Assembly: GCA_965205975.1 (NCBI GenBank)
Contig: OZ242195.1
Coordinates: forward strand, 2,432,001-2,496,000
Direction: 5' to 3'
Source of the DNA: Candidatus Latescibacterota bacterium
Lineage (GTDB): Bacteria; Latescibacterota; UBA2968
Length of the DNA: 64,000 nucleotides
The position numbers and the translations under genes were made by a program. Shown in pieces: positions 39,863 through 48,821 of the stretch. The notes under the pieces are model-generated. The model saw only the letters and a list, made by a program, of their open reading frames with translations. It made no database searches and had not been told where the DNA came from. Position 1 is the stretch's first letter, and each line of letters opens with the position of its first letter.

Positions 39863-39891
39863 AAAATAACGACTTCAACCCCCCAAGTCAA
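39863..39891 (-). promoter_or_regulatory. Putative sigma70 promoter of the trp leader/trpS transcript
   Basis: TTGACT-17 nt-TATTTT upstream of leader 1. Confidence 0.55.
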
Positions 39892-39906
39892 GTCGTTTGA
39901 TTTTCT

Positions 39907-41379
39907 TTAACTCACGAACCGGAACGAGTAGAGCTTTGCCGACCGCATCACGACGCGAAGCCGCAGCGGTCCTCGATCCGTGGGGATCCGGCGGCCGGCC
40001 CCCTGCCACGACACGCCTGCCTTGATTGCATTGGCGACAATCGTCTCGCACGTCTTCAGCGTGTAGCCTTCCACGGGGCGCCCCTCTTCGTCCTGCAGTT
40101 CGACCAGCAACCAGCCGCCCCCGCCACAATCCACATTCAACTCGAGCACCTGACCGTCGAACGCCAGCGGCGGAGTCACAAACTCTCCGCCAGAAAGAGA
40201 CGCATCCGCCGAGACAAAACCGTCCCGCCTCAGGATCGCCCGGAACAGCCCGGTATTCCAACCTTCGCGCACCTCATCATTGTGCCGACTTCCCCTCCCC
40301 GAATAGTAGATCCACATCTCGGTCTCGGTAAGCACGGGCCAGACATTGGCCATCACCATACCACCCGATGGTCCTCCATCCAGCCCCCGGCGGATGAACG
40401 GCTCCCGGTCTCCCTGACGCGACCATATGATCCCATCACGGCTCGTGAGGAGCCGGACATCCATCGTGGCCGGGAAATCGGACGCTTCCCAGTGGTAATA
40501 AGCGGCGGGCATCATAAAGTACGCATCATCCGCCTCGGGATGCTTATAGACTGCGTTCGTGTAGTAATCGACCTGCGGCCTATCCATTGACCGGGGAGGT
40601 AGAGGGGCTTCCAGGTCCAGCGCATCTCCCTCCAGGACGATCAGCGTGGGCTGCGACCAGGTCTTAAAGTCGGGCGACGTGATCCGGCCAACGGACCGGT
40701 ACCGCTTTCCGAGCTTCATTTCCGCCGCCTCGTCCCGTCGCTGGGTCTCGTGTACCCGCGTATAGCCGACGTAGAGATCCAGGCTGTCATCCCAGAAGAA
40801 GACATTCTGGGTGTCGCACATCTGGTTGGGCGGATTCGGCTGGCCCTCATCATACGTCCAATGGATCCCGTCGGGTGAATGCATGGCCCAGAGACCCGGC
40901 AGAACACCGGCCTCGATCTCATCATCCCTGGGATAGTACTTCGACCAGAGCCGGTAACGCGAATCGGCGGGTGCGCGTTCGTCTATATAAACCGTCGCGC
41001 CCTGCATGCTCTGACGCTCATCCAGCGGGACGACGATGTTGTTCGCCGTGCTACCCCGGAACGGGACGAGGTGCATCTCCGGCTTCTGCCAGGAGACCCC
41101 GTCTTCAGATTCCGCATAGCAGAGACGGACCGCCCCTTCCTGCGGACCGCCCGATTTCATCTGTGCGCCGTACCAGAGTCGGAAGTGCCGATCCCCTTCC
41201 CGGATCACCGTGTTGTATCCCCCAATCCCAAGCCTCTCCCACGGCTTGTCTGCCCGGAGCACCGGCTCGGGGGACTGCAAAGGCGGATTCATACGGAGAT
41301 TGACACCAGAGACCCGATCGAAGAAACGCGCGTCGATGAAAAGCTGTTTCCGGTTCCCAACCTGGACTGTATTGGACAT
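39907..41379 (-). CDS. Putative five-bladed beta-propeller glycoside-hydrolase-like protein
   Basis: QLFID start, repeated S.DG..W (Asp-box-like) motifs, LRRDGFVS, C-terminal beta-sandwich; visibly GC-richer than its neighbours. Confidence 0.7.
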   Translation of the reverse strand: MSNTVQVGNRKQLFIDARFFDRVSGVNLRMNPPLQSPEPVLRADKPWERLGIGGYNTVIREGDRHFRLWYGAQMKSGGPQEGAVRLCYAESEDGVSWQKPEMHLVPFRGSTANNIVVPLDERQSMQGATVYIDERAPADSRYRLWSKYYPRDDEIEAGVLPGLWAMHSPDGIHWTYDEGQPNPPNQMCDTQNVFFWDDSLDLYVGYTRVHETQRRDEAAEMKLGKRYRSVGRITSPDFKTWSQPTLIVLEGDALDLEAPLPPRSMDRPQVDYYTNAVYKHPEADDAYFMMPAAYYHWEASDFPATMDVRLLTSRDGIIWSRQGDREPFIRRGLDGGPSGGMVMANVWPVLTETEMWIYYSGRGSRHNDEVREGWNTGLFRAILRRDGFVSADASLSGGEFVTPPLAFDGQVLELNVDCGGGGWLLVELQDEEGRPVEGYTLKTCETIVANAIKAGVSWQGAGRRIPTDRGPLRLRVVMRSAKLYSFRFVS

Positions 41380-41438
41380 AGAGCTACCCCTTTTTCTGGA
41401 TGGCGACCGCCGAGCAATAGCGACTCCAAAAACTCACG

Positions 41439-41858
41439 TCAAGCCGTTTGATCTTCTTTCTCTACCACGCGATCCCCATAAGACAACTCGCACGTCCCCG
41501 TATCGCACGCCACGCGACCTGAAAGGTGGCGATATCGCGCAACCAGCGCGTATCCCGCCCGAAAAACGAGATGCAAAATCGGCACGCGGTACAACCAGGC
41601 AAACAGATGGAAAGGCGGCAGCCTGCGATAGATTTGATACACGGCGTCTGCACCCACATAAATATCCTCTTTTCCCACCACCAGGCGCATACCCGTATTA
41701 AAATCCGACGACGCCAGCTTTGGAAAATGGTCTTCAATCCCCTGCGTCTGCCTGGGCAAATAATCAAACTGACTGCGTTTGTCTTTCTTTTTCATACGGC
41801 GAACACTCCAGATACAAAAACGACATTCGCCGTCATATACAACAATCGGTTTTTCCAT
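41439..41858 (-). CDS. DCC1-like (DUF393) thiol-disulfide oxidoreductase
   Basis: YDGECRFC (DxxCxxC) and YALVARYRH. Confidence 0.88.
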   Translation of the reverse strand: MEKPIVVYDGECRFCIWSVRRMKKKDKRSQFDYLPRQTQGIEDHFPKLASSDFNTGMRLVVGKEDIYVGADAVYQIYRRLPPFHLFAWLYRVPILHLVFRAGYALVARYRHLSGRVACDTGTCELSYGDRVVEKEDQTA

Positions 41859-41876
41859 CACGCCTCCGCGAAAAAC

Positions 41877-43067
41877 CTAACTCCTCGGATAAAACACATC
41901 CACCAGAGTCTCCACATCATCCCATGCGCACAAAAATCGCTCTTCAAATCCGCGATGAATATTGTGCTCGACCTCTGTCTCGTTGGGCAGCGGGAACACA
42001 ATCGTCTCTCGATCGGCCTCAATTGACGCATTCACCGCCAGACTCATCTCCTGATCCAACCGACCCATCGCAGCACCGTAATCCGGTTCGCGATCTTCTC
42101 GAACGGCATTGGCAATACTCAACAACTCATCTGCCACGGCCACTTGCCCTTCACTCAGCGCATAGTTTGCAAATGGATTCTCCCACGCAATCGCACCGCC
42201 GGGCAACTCATAGCGAATCTCGCGCAACACATTTACCCCATCTACCGTTTCCGTCACGCGCACGGGTTCATAAGCCACGCCCTGTGCACCGGTTTCCAAT
42301 TCATCCTTTGGCACAACATACACATTGCCATCCACAATGCTGCCCCCTGTCCCATCAATCTCATCCATACCCGCTTGCTTGCGCCCGAGTGAACGCGCGT
42401 GAATCACATTGGAATACACCATTAGTGCGGCCACATCATTGTCAAATTCCAAAAAACTCAAACTCCATCTTTCCAACTCGTGATGCCGTTTCATGCGATC
42501 TATATGCGGAATCACGGGCGTTGTATGGCTCAACCCAATCACCTGCCTGGGATTGCCACCGGCCAACACGCGCAACAGACTCATCCCGTGATACCCGCCC
42601 TCGTGGCATATCCGATAGATCCGTCCAATTTCCCCAATAACATCTGATACGAGCACCTTCTTCTTCAACCGCTCAATCGGCGCGCGATAATAATTCTCGG
42701 CGACCTCCAGATAAACGCCCGCATCTCGCGCCGCTCGAATCATCAAATCTGATGCCGGCCGGGTCATCGCAATAGGTGTCTCCACAACCTGATGCACACC
42801 TGCTTGCGCCAAAAAACAGCAAATCGCATGGTGTGCCACCCCCGGCACCACCACATCGGCAACATCGATATCTTCATTATCGACCAGGTCCCGCACACTC
42901 GTATAAGCCTTTACCCCGTGTTCTGCAGCCAAACTCTGGGCTGTTTCCTCATCCTTATCGCAAATGGCGACAAAGTCAAAAACATCTGCCAACTGCACAA
43001 TCACGGGTAAATGCGCTCCTGCACCGCGCCGCCCGGCACCCACAAGTGCAATTTTGAGACGATCCAT
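41877..43067 (-). CDS. Gfo/Idh/MocA-family oxidoreductase
   Basis: IALVGAG Rossmann start, ETPIA (EKP variant), VAENY. Confidence 0.85.
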   Translation of the reverse strand: MDRLKIALVGAGRRGAGAHLPVIVQLADVFDFVAICDKDEETAQSLAAEHGVKAYTSVRDLVDNEDIDVADVVVPGVAHHAICCFLAQAGVHQVVETPIAMTRPASDLMIRAARDAGVYLEVAENYYRAPIERLKKKVLVSDVIGEIGRIYRICHEGGYHGMSLLRVLAGGNPRQVIGLSHTTPVIPHIDRMKRHHELERWSLSFLEFDNDVAALMVYSNVIHARSLGRKQAGMDEIDGTGGSIVDGNVYVVPKDELETGAQGVAYEPVRVTETVDGVNVLREIRYELPGGAIAWENPFANYALSEGQVAVADELLSIANAVREDREPDYGAAMGRLDQEMSLAVNASIEADRETIVFPLPNETEVEHNIHRGFEERFLCAWDDVETLVDVFYPRS

Positions 43068-43197
43068 AACATCCCTCCAGTAAAGTTTGTTTTCGCCATT
43101 CTGCTACTGGTCTAACATCAATCTGCTTGCGGAATTTTTATCTTAACCTATCTTTGCGATAATTCAAACAATAATCAACACAAAAAAGGAGCAGGTC

Positions 43198-43614
43198 ATG
43201 TCGCAAAACAAAACCATCGGTGGTGGGGGCTTTCACCACGTTGCAATTCGCGCCCACGACTTTGAAGCATCCGTAAAATTTTATACCGAAGCTCTGGGAT
43301 TTCGAAAAAAAATCACCTGGGGCGAGGACAAAAGGCGCGCCATCATGCTCGACACTGGAGATGGGAATTACCTCGAAATTTTCGCCAATGGCACAGACGA
43401 ACCCAAACCTGAAGGGTCCATCATCCACTTTGCACTGCGCACCAGCGATTGCGACGCCGCCATCGAACGCGCCAGAGCAGCCGGTGCCCAAATCACCGTG
43501 GAACCCAAAGACGTCGAAATTCCCAGCGAACCCCACAAAACCCCTGTACGCATCGCCTTTTGCAAAGGCCCCGATGACGAAATCATCGAATTTTTTCAAA
43601 ACGAATTGACGTAA
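43198..43614 (+). CDS. VOC/glyoxalase-family protein
   Basis: FHHVAI, FYTEALGF, IHFAL, GPDDEIIEF; SD AGGAG. Confidence 0.92.
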   Translation: MSQNKTIGGGGFHHVAIRAHDFEASVKFYTEALGFRKKITWGEDKRRAIMLDTGDGNYLEIFANGTDEPKPEGSIIHFALRTSDCDAAIERARAAGAQITVEPKDVEIPSEPHKTPVRIAFCKGPDDEIIEFFQNELT

Positions 43615-43618
43615 ACGG

Positions 43619-43650
43619 CGAATCTACGAATCAGCGAATCTACGAATCAA
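43619..43650 (+). repeat. Octamer tandem repeat CGAATC(TA/AG/AA) x4
   Basis: cgaatcta cgaatcag cgaatcta cgaatcaa. Confidence 0.75.
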
Positions 43651-43670
43651 CGGCGGAGTTTGTCGCAACT

Positions 43671-43719
43671 TTGGGTGGTAGGGTGGGGTTCGTCTATTCG
43701 TCTATTCGTCTATTCGTTT
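43671..43719 (-). repeat. 49-bp dispersed repeat, copy 2 (inverted)
   Basis: Exact reverse complement of 35196-35244. Confidence 0.9.
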
Positions 43720-43799
43720 ACGCGGAACCTCGCTTTGTTCCCAAACGTCTTACACGGGATATCACAGCCATTTACATCTGCCGGGGAAAAGGAAAAATC

Positions 43800-44222
43800 A
43801 TGAACAAAATTATACCTGTTTTGTGTCTGATATTCGCAATCGTTGCATGCGGTGACGACAATCCCGCCGATTCGGGCCAACCAGTCGTCAATCAAACATT
43901 TAATCTATCGAGCGGATCAATTGAAGACTTTAGCTTTACCGTTGACACCGACTTACAGCAAAACGTCATCCTCCAGGGCGAATTTAGCGTTGATAACGGC
44001 ACTATTCAGATGGCTGTCATGGGCGAAGACGAGTATCAAACCTGGATAGAAGGGGGCACACCCACAGTGCTCTACAGCCCGGGCGAAACATCTGGAGAAA
44101 CCTTTGTCTTACCCATTTACGACAGTGACACCTACTACATCATTTTTCGCAATGCAGGTGCAAATACCGTAACAGTCGAAGCAGAAATTTTCCTGCTCAG
44201 TACCGTTGAACCAGAGGTTTAG
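43800..44222 (+). CDS. Small beta-sandwich lipoprotein
   Basis: MNKIIPVLCLIFAIVA-C lipoprotein signal; beta-rich body (TYYIIFRN). Confidence 0.75.
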   Translation: MNKIIPVLCLIFAIVACGDDNPADSGQPVVNQTFNLSSGSIEDFSFTVDTDLQQNVILQGEFSVDNGTIQMAVMGEDEYQTWIEGGTPTVLYSPGETSGETFVLPIYDSDTYYIIFRNAGANTVTVEAEIFLLSTVEPEV

Positions 44223-44297
44223 ACTACCCGGAAAAATGCCTGCCTGTGCTTATCAGATATACGGTACCTGAAACGCATCTCTATCCCAATTTTCCGA

Positions 44298-44326
44298 TTG
44301 ACGAGACAAGAAGAACAAGTTATAAT
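44298..44326 (+). promoter_or_regulatory. Sigma70 promoter of the frd operon
   Basis: TTGACG-17 nt-TATAAT, near consensus. Confidence 0.8.
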
Positions 44327-44366
44327 TATTCCTGTTCATTATCAATCACAGTTAAATGAGGTACTT

Positions 44367-46073
44367 ATGAACATCCCCAAGCACGACGTGCTCTTAGTAG
44401 GTGGAGGGGGTGCGGGTCTGCGTGCTGCAATCGCCGCATCTGAAACGTATCGTGGTGCAGATATTGGCGTAGTCTCCAAAGTCTATCCCATGCGAAGTCA
44501 CACCGTCTCTGCCGAAGGCGGCACGGCAGCGGTCATGCGAGAAGACGACAACCTGGACCTGCATGCTTATGACACCATCAAAGGCAGCGACTACCTCGGC
44601 GATCAGGATGTGGTAGAAGCCTTTGTCAAAGAAGCCGTTGATGAAGTCATCCAATTAGAACACTGGGGGTGCCCCTGGAGCCGCGACGAAGACGGCCGCG
44701 TAAGCGTCCGCGCATTTGGTGGCATGAGTGTCAAACGCACGCTCTATGCCGCAGACAAAACCGGCTTCCACATGCTGCACGCCCTCTTTCAAACATCTCT
44801 CAAATACGACGCCATTACCCGATACGACGAATGGTTTGTCACCTCTTTACTCGTCGAAGATGGCAGGGTATGCGGCGTCACGGCTCTCAACATCCGATCT
44901 GGGAACATTCACGCCATTGGCGCCAAATCCGTCATTATATGCACGGGTGGTGCCGGCAAAATTTTCCCATTTACCACCAATGCCGCCATCAAAAACGGCG
45001 ACGGAATGGCTCTGGCCTACCGCATTGGCTGTCCTCTAAAAGACCTCGAATTCGTACAATATCACCCCACGGGCCTGCCCGGCACGGGTATCTTAATGAC
45101 TGAAGCCTCGCGGGGTGAAGGCGGCCACCTCGTCAACAGCAAAGGCGAACGCTACCTCAGCGAATACGTGCCCGGCAAAATGGAACTCGGTCCGCGCGAC
45201 ATCTTATCTCGCTCCTTTATTCACGAACAGCACCAGGGCAATGTCTTTGAAGGTCCCGATGGCAGCTACGTTCATCTCGACCTTCGACACCTGGGTGAAA
45301 AAGTCATCGACGAAAAACTGCCCTTTGTGCGCGAACTCACCCGCAATTACGTCGGCATTGATCCGGTTTACGAACCCATTCCCGTGCGTCCAGTCGTCCA
45401 CTACTGCATGGGCGGCGTACATACCGACATCAATGGCGCAACGCCCATCTCCGGTCTTTATGCCGCAGGCGAAGCGGCTTGTGTCAGCCTCAACGGGGCC
45501 AATCGCCTGGGGTCCAACTCACTGACAGAATGTCTCGTCTTTGGCGCGCGTGCAGGTCAGGTAGCCGCGCAACACGCCGCCGACACAGACTTTGCAGACT
45601 CGGCCTCGATGGCCAAAATGGCGCAAGACGAGCAAAAACGCATTGAAACCCAATTCTTTGGCAACAAAGGCAAAGAGCGCGTGGCCAATATCCGCGATGA
45701 TCTCCGCAAAACCATGGAAGAAGGCGCGGGCATCTTCCGAACCGAAGACGCGCTCAAAACCACATGTGACACCATTCGCACCCTCAAAGAACGCTATGAA
45801 AATATCGGCATAGACGACCACTCGCGCGTCTTCAATACCGATCTTGTCAATGCCCTCGAACTGGGTTACATGCTCGATGTCGCCGAAGGACTCGCACACT
45901 CGGCCCTCTTGCGACGCGAATCCCGAGGCTCTCACGCGCGATCGGACTATGAAGAGCGCGACGACGAAAACTTCCTCAAACACTCTCTGGCCTATCAAAC
46001 CGATGGCGACCCCCGCATCGAGTACCTGCCCGTAACACTCACCCGCTGGGAACCCGAAGAACGAACCTATTAA
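44367..46073 (+). CDS. frdA: Fumarate reductase / succinate dehydrogenase flavoprotein subunit
   Basis: [20 protein letters not shown] (covalent-FAD His), [22 protein letters not shown]. Confidence 0.92.
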   Translation: MNIPKHDVLLVGGGGAGLRAAIAASETYRGADIGVVSKVYPMRSHTVSAEGGTAAVMREDDNLDLHAYDTIKGSDYLGDQDVVEAFVKEAVDEVIQLEHWGCPWSRDEDGRVSVRAFGGMSVKRTLYAADKTGFHMLHALFQTSLKYDAITRYDEWFVTSLLVEDGRVCGVTALNIRSGNIHAIGAKSVIICTGGAGKIFPFTTNAAIKNGDGMALAYRIGCPLKDLEFVQYHPTGLPGTGILMTEASRGEGGHLVNSKGERYLSEYVPGKMELGPRDILSRSFIHEQHQGNVFEGPDGSYVHLDLRHLGEKVIDEKLPFVRELTRNYVGIDPVYEPIPVRPVVHYCMGGVHTDINGATPISGLYAAGEAACVSLNGANRLGSNSLTECLVFGARAGQVAAQHAADTDFADSASMAKMAQDEQKRIETQFFGNKGKERVANIRDDLRKTMEEGAGIFRTEDALKTTCDTIRTLKERYENIGIDDHSRVFNTDLVNALELGYMLDVAEGLAHSALLRRESRGSHARSDYEERDDENFLKHSLAYQTDGDPRIEYLPVTLTRWEPEERTY

Positions 46074-46083
46074 AGGAAAATCT

Positions 46084-46836
46084 ATGAGCGATCTCAGAAC
46101 CATAAAAATCACGGTACTGCGCTATCGTCCAGAAGAAGAGGACGCGCCAACCGAACAGACTTACGAAGTTGAATTTCGCGACGACTGGGTCGTTCTCGAC
46201 GCGCTCAACCACATCAAAGACCACATCGACGGCACGCTTTCATTCCGCTGGTCTTGTCGGATGGGCGTATGCGGCAGTTGCGGCATGATGGTCAACGGCG
46301 AACCCAAACTCACCTGTGCCGCGATGTTGCGCGACTATTATCCCAACGAAGTGCATGTGGAACCCCTGGTCAACTTCCCTATCGTGCGCGATCTCGTCAC
46401 TGACATGACCGACTTTATGGACAAACTCAAAGCGGTCAAACCCTGGATCATCCGAGAAGAAGAAAAACCCGTATCCGAAGGAGAATATCTCCAGACGCCA
46501 GATCAGCTCAAAGATTACAAGCAATTCAGCCAGTGCATCAACTGCATGCTCTGCTACGCGGCCTGCCCGGTCTATGGCCTCGAACACGACTTCGTCGGTC
46601 CGGCTGCAATTGCCCTGGGCCACCGCTACAACCTCGATTCCCGAGATGAAGGCAATCAACAGCGCCAACACGTCATTGCCAGCAAAGAAGGCATCTGGGA
46701 ATGCACGTATGTCGGTGAATGCTCCGTCGTTTGCCCCAAACACGTCGATCCCGCAGAAGCCATTCAACAGACCAAAGTGGCAACCACGACCAACCGCCTC
46801 AAATCGCTTGTCATGCCCTGGGGAAACAAAACATGA
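46084..46836 (+). CDS. frdB: Fumarate reductase / succinate dehydrogenase iron-sulfur subunit
   Basis: [34 protein letters not shown]. Confidence 0.92.
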   Translation: MSDLRTIKITVLRYRPEEEDAPTEQTYEVEFRDDWVVLDALNHIKDHIDGTLSFRWSCRMGVCGSCGMMVNGEPKLTCAAMLRDYYPNEVHVEPLVNFPIVRDLVTDMTDFMDKLKAVKPWIIREEEKPVSEGEYLQTPDQLKDYKQFSQCINCMLCYAACPVYGLEHDFVGPAAIALGHRYNLDSRDEGNQQRQHVIASKEGIWECTYVGECSVVCPKHVDPAEAIQQTKVATTTNRLKSLVMPWGNKT

Positions 46837-47267
46837 TGCTCGACTCCGAAACGACCAAAACCTATACGCGCCCCATATCCAAAGCCTGGTGGCTGCGCGA
46901 CCGCGGACATTTTAATCGCAGATATTTTATGTTCTTGCTTCGCGAACTCACAAGCGTATTCGTCGCCCTGTACGTCGTGCTCTTTATCTACGAAATTTTT
47001 CTCCTGACAAAAGGGCCAGACGCACACGCAGCCTTCCGCGAATCCCTGAGCGCAGGTCCCTGGATCGCATTTCACGTCATCGCCCTGCTCTTCGCCCTGT
47101 ACCACAGCTGGACCTGGTTGGGGCTAACGACCAAAATGCAAGCAGCTGGACGTGGCCTCGTCAAAATTGGCACAAAGACCCTGCCACCTATTTTTGTCGC
47201 ACTGGGGTCTTACGGCGCGTGGATTGTTGCAACAATCGTCATCGCCTACCTATTCCTAACTCTTTAG
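46833..47267 (+). CDS. frdC: Fumarate reductase membrane anchor subunit C
   Basis: Y.RP....WW...[16 protein letters not shown], three TM helices. Confidence 0.85.
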   Translation: MMLDSETTKTYTRPISKAWWLRDRGHFNRRYFMFLLRELTSVFVALYVVLFIYEIFLLTKGPDAHAAFRESLSAGPWIAFHVIALLFALYHSWTWLGLTTKMQAAGRGLVKIGTKTLPPIFVALGSYGAWIVATIVIAYLFLTL

Positions 47268-47282
47268 ATCGAGGATATCGCT

Positions 47283-47645
47283 GTGAATTACAAAGAACAC
47301 AAAAGCGAACCCTTCTGGTGGGGCATGTTCTCGCAAGGCGGTGTTATTGCCGCACTCCTCATACCCATCCACATTTTCCTGGGCGGCATCGCCGTACATT
47401 TGGGGCTTATAGACGCCGAACTCATGTCACATGAACGCCTGACCGGACTGCTCCAAAATCCGATAGTCAAAGTCTATCTCTGTGTCCTGCTCATCTTCCC
47501 ACTCTACCACGCGGCTCACCGAATCCGCTTCACCCTTGCCGAAATCGGATTGCACAGCCTCGCCAAAGTTCTGCCCTTTCTCTGCTATGGCGGCGCACTA
47601 TTGGGCACAGCCGCAGTCCTCTACATCTTGTGGGTATTGTTCTAA
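47283..47645 (+). CDS. frdD: Fumarate reductase membrane anchor subunit D
   Basis: SEPFWWGMFSQGG, YHAAHRIR, CYGGA. Confidence 0.88.
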   Translation: MNYKEHKSEPFWWGMFSQGGVIAALLIPIHIFLGGIAVHLGLIDAELMSHERLTGLLQNPIVKVYLCVLLIFPLYHAAHRIRFTLAEIGLHSLAKVLPFLCYGGALLGTAAVLYILWVLF

Positions 47646-47666
47646 GCCATCTCAACAAAAAATAAA

Positions 47667-47703
47667 AAGCTCGGATGAATGCTGCAGAAGTTCATCCGAG
47701 CTT
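47667..47703. terminator. Intrinsic terminator hairpin between frdD and SGNH gene
   Basis: aagctcggatgaa...ttcatccgagctt, 13-bp stem between convergent genes. Confidence 0.8.
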
Positions 47704-47728
47704 GTGTTTTGCGGTAAAAAACCGATTT

Positions 47729-48802
47729 CTATTTTGTTTTCTTTATCTTTCTAATCTTCCTGACCTTTCTAATGGTCCCACCCCGCTCATCATCATCTAA
47801 AAGAGACTTCAACCTCCCCGCAACGCGCTCTCCCATCTCAATCATCCCGTGGTCTCCTGGATGAATCAAATCTACTGTCAACCCACCGATATTGCTCAAC
47901 ATGTCTGTTCCCTCAATCAAATGTGCATTTTCATGGGGACAACCATCCACCGCATCTCGCAATGCCTGCCTGAAAGCCGCCGTCCTTTCGCGTTCTTCGG
48001 CATCGCCACAAAATTCTCTAAAATGCGGATAAATCGTAATACACCCCACGGGCCGGTCTGGATTTGCACCTGCAACCGCATTTACCATATACGCCACGCG
48101 CTCGGAAAATTCCGACAGAGAAAATCCCGCACCCATCATATTGACCGACAAAGCCAGCGTCGCCACATCCCAATCGTCGCGCTCGGCAATATAATCTGCC
48201 AATTCGCGCTCGCAATAAGCCGATCCCCCCACGCCCAAATTGATCAAATCCGCTCCCAAACGCCACGCCACCTGACTCACATAAGTCAAATGCATAGCCG
48301 TAGCCGACGCGCCGTGTGTAATCGACGTACCATAGCTCAAATACCGCCGCTTTGGCAATTCGTCAACCGTGGGCGGGCGAAGTCCCTCGCCCTCAATACT
48401 GTGATAGTGCAAACTGGTATTTCTCAAGACCAACCGCCACACATTGTGCGAAAAAGGCAAATCCCGCACCGCTTCAGGTTCAAGCGTCTTCAGTCTTGCG
48501 GGATAGGTCAATTCCAGCGTCCTTGGCTCTTTCCCAATTTGAAACCGCTCTTTCCCTTGAAAAGGGCCAAAAAATGGAATCACTTCAGCCGATCCGCCCG
48601 GGCTGGACAGTGTCACATTGACCTTATTGCCCGCGCTCACAAAACGGATCTCCGACCCCGCCGGACTCAGCATGCGTTCCTGGGCACCTGCATTCAAACA
48701 CAACCTCACATCTTCGGGCACACGCTGCACCCGAAGCCCATCTCTCCCCTCAACTTCTCGCAATTCAGCTACATTGTGAAATTCGACATTGTCGTGAATC
48801 AT
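47729..48802 (-). CDS. SGNH/GDSL hydrolase-family protein
   Basis: YGTSITHG, NLGVGG, SVN, DLIHP. Confidence 0.88.
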   Translation of the reverse strand: MIHDNVEFHNVAELREVEGRDGLRVQRVPEDVRLCLNAGAQERMLSPAGSEIRFVSAGNKVNVTLSSPGGSAEVIPFFGPFQGKERFQIGKEPRTLELTYPARLKTLEPEAVRDLPFSHNVWRLVLRNTSLHYHSIEGEGLRPPTVDELPKRRYLSYGTSITHGASATAMHLTYVSQVAWRLGADLINLGVGGSAYCERELADYIAERDDWDVATLALSVNMMGAGFSLSEFSERVAYMVNAVAGANPDRPVGCITIYPHFREFCGDAEERERTAAFRQALRDAVDGCPHENAHLIEGTDMLSNIGGLTVDLIHPGDHGMIEMGERVAGRLKSLLDDDERGGTIRKVRKIRKIKKTK

Positions 48803-48821
48803 AAAGAACTCCTATTTTGTG

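Noticed and set aside
41720..42640. 306-aa plus-strand ORF
   Set aside because: Antisense to the Gfo/Idh/MocA gene; Pro/His/Arg-rich composition typical of non-coding frames.
43671..43799. N-terminal extension of the 43.8-kb lipoprotein
   Set aside because: Translates the 49-bp repeat; the lipoprotein signal begins at ATG 43800.
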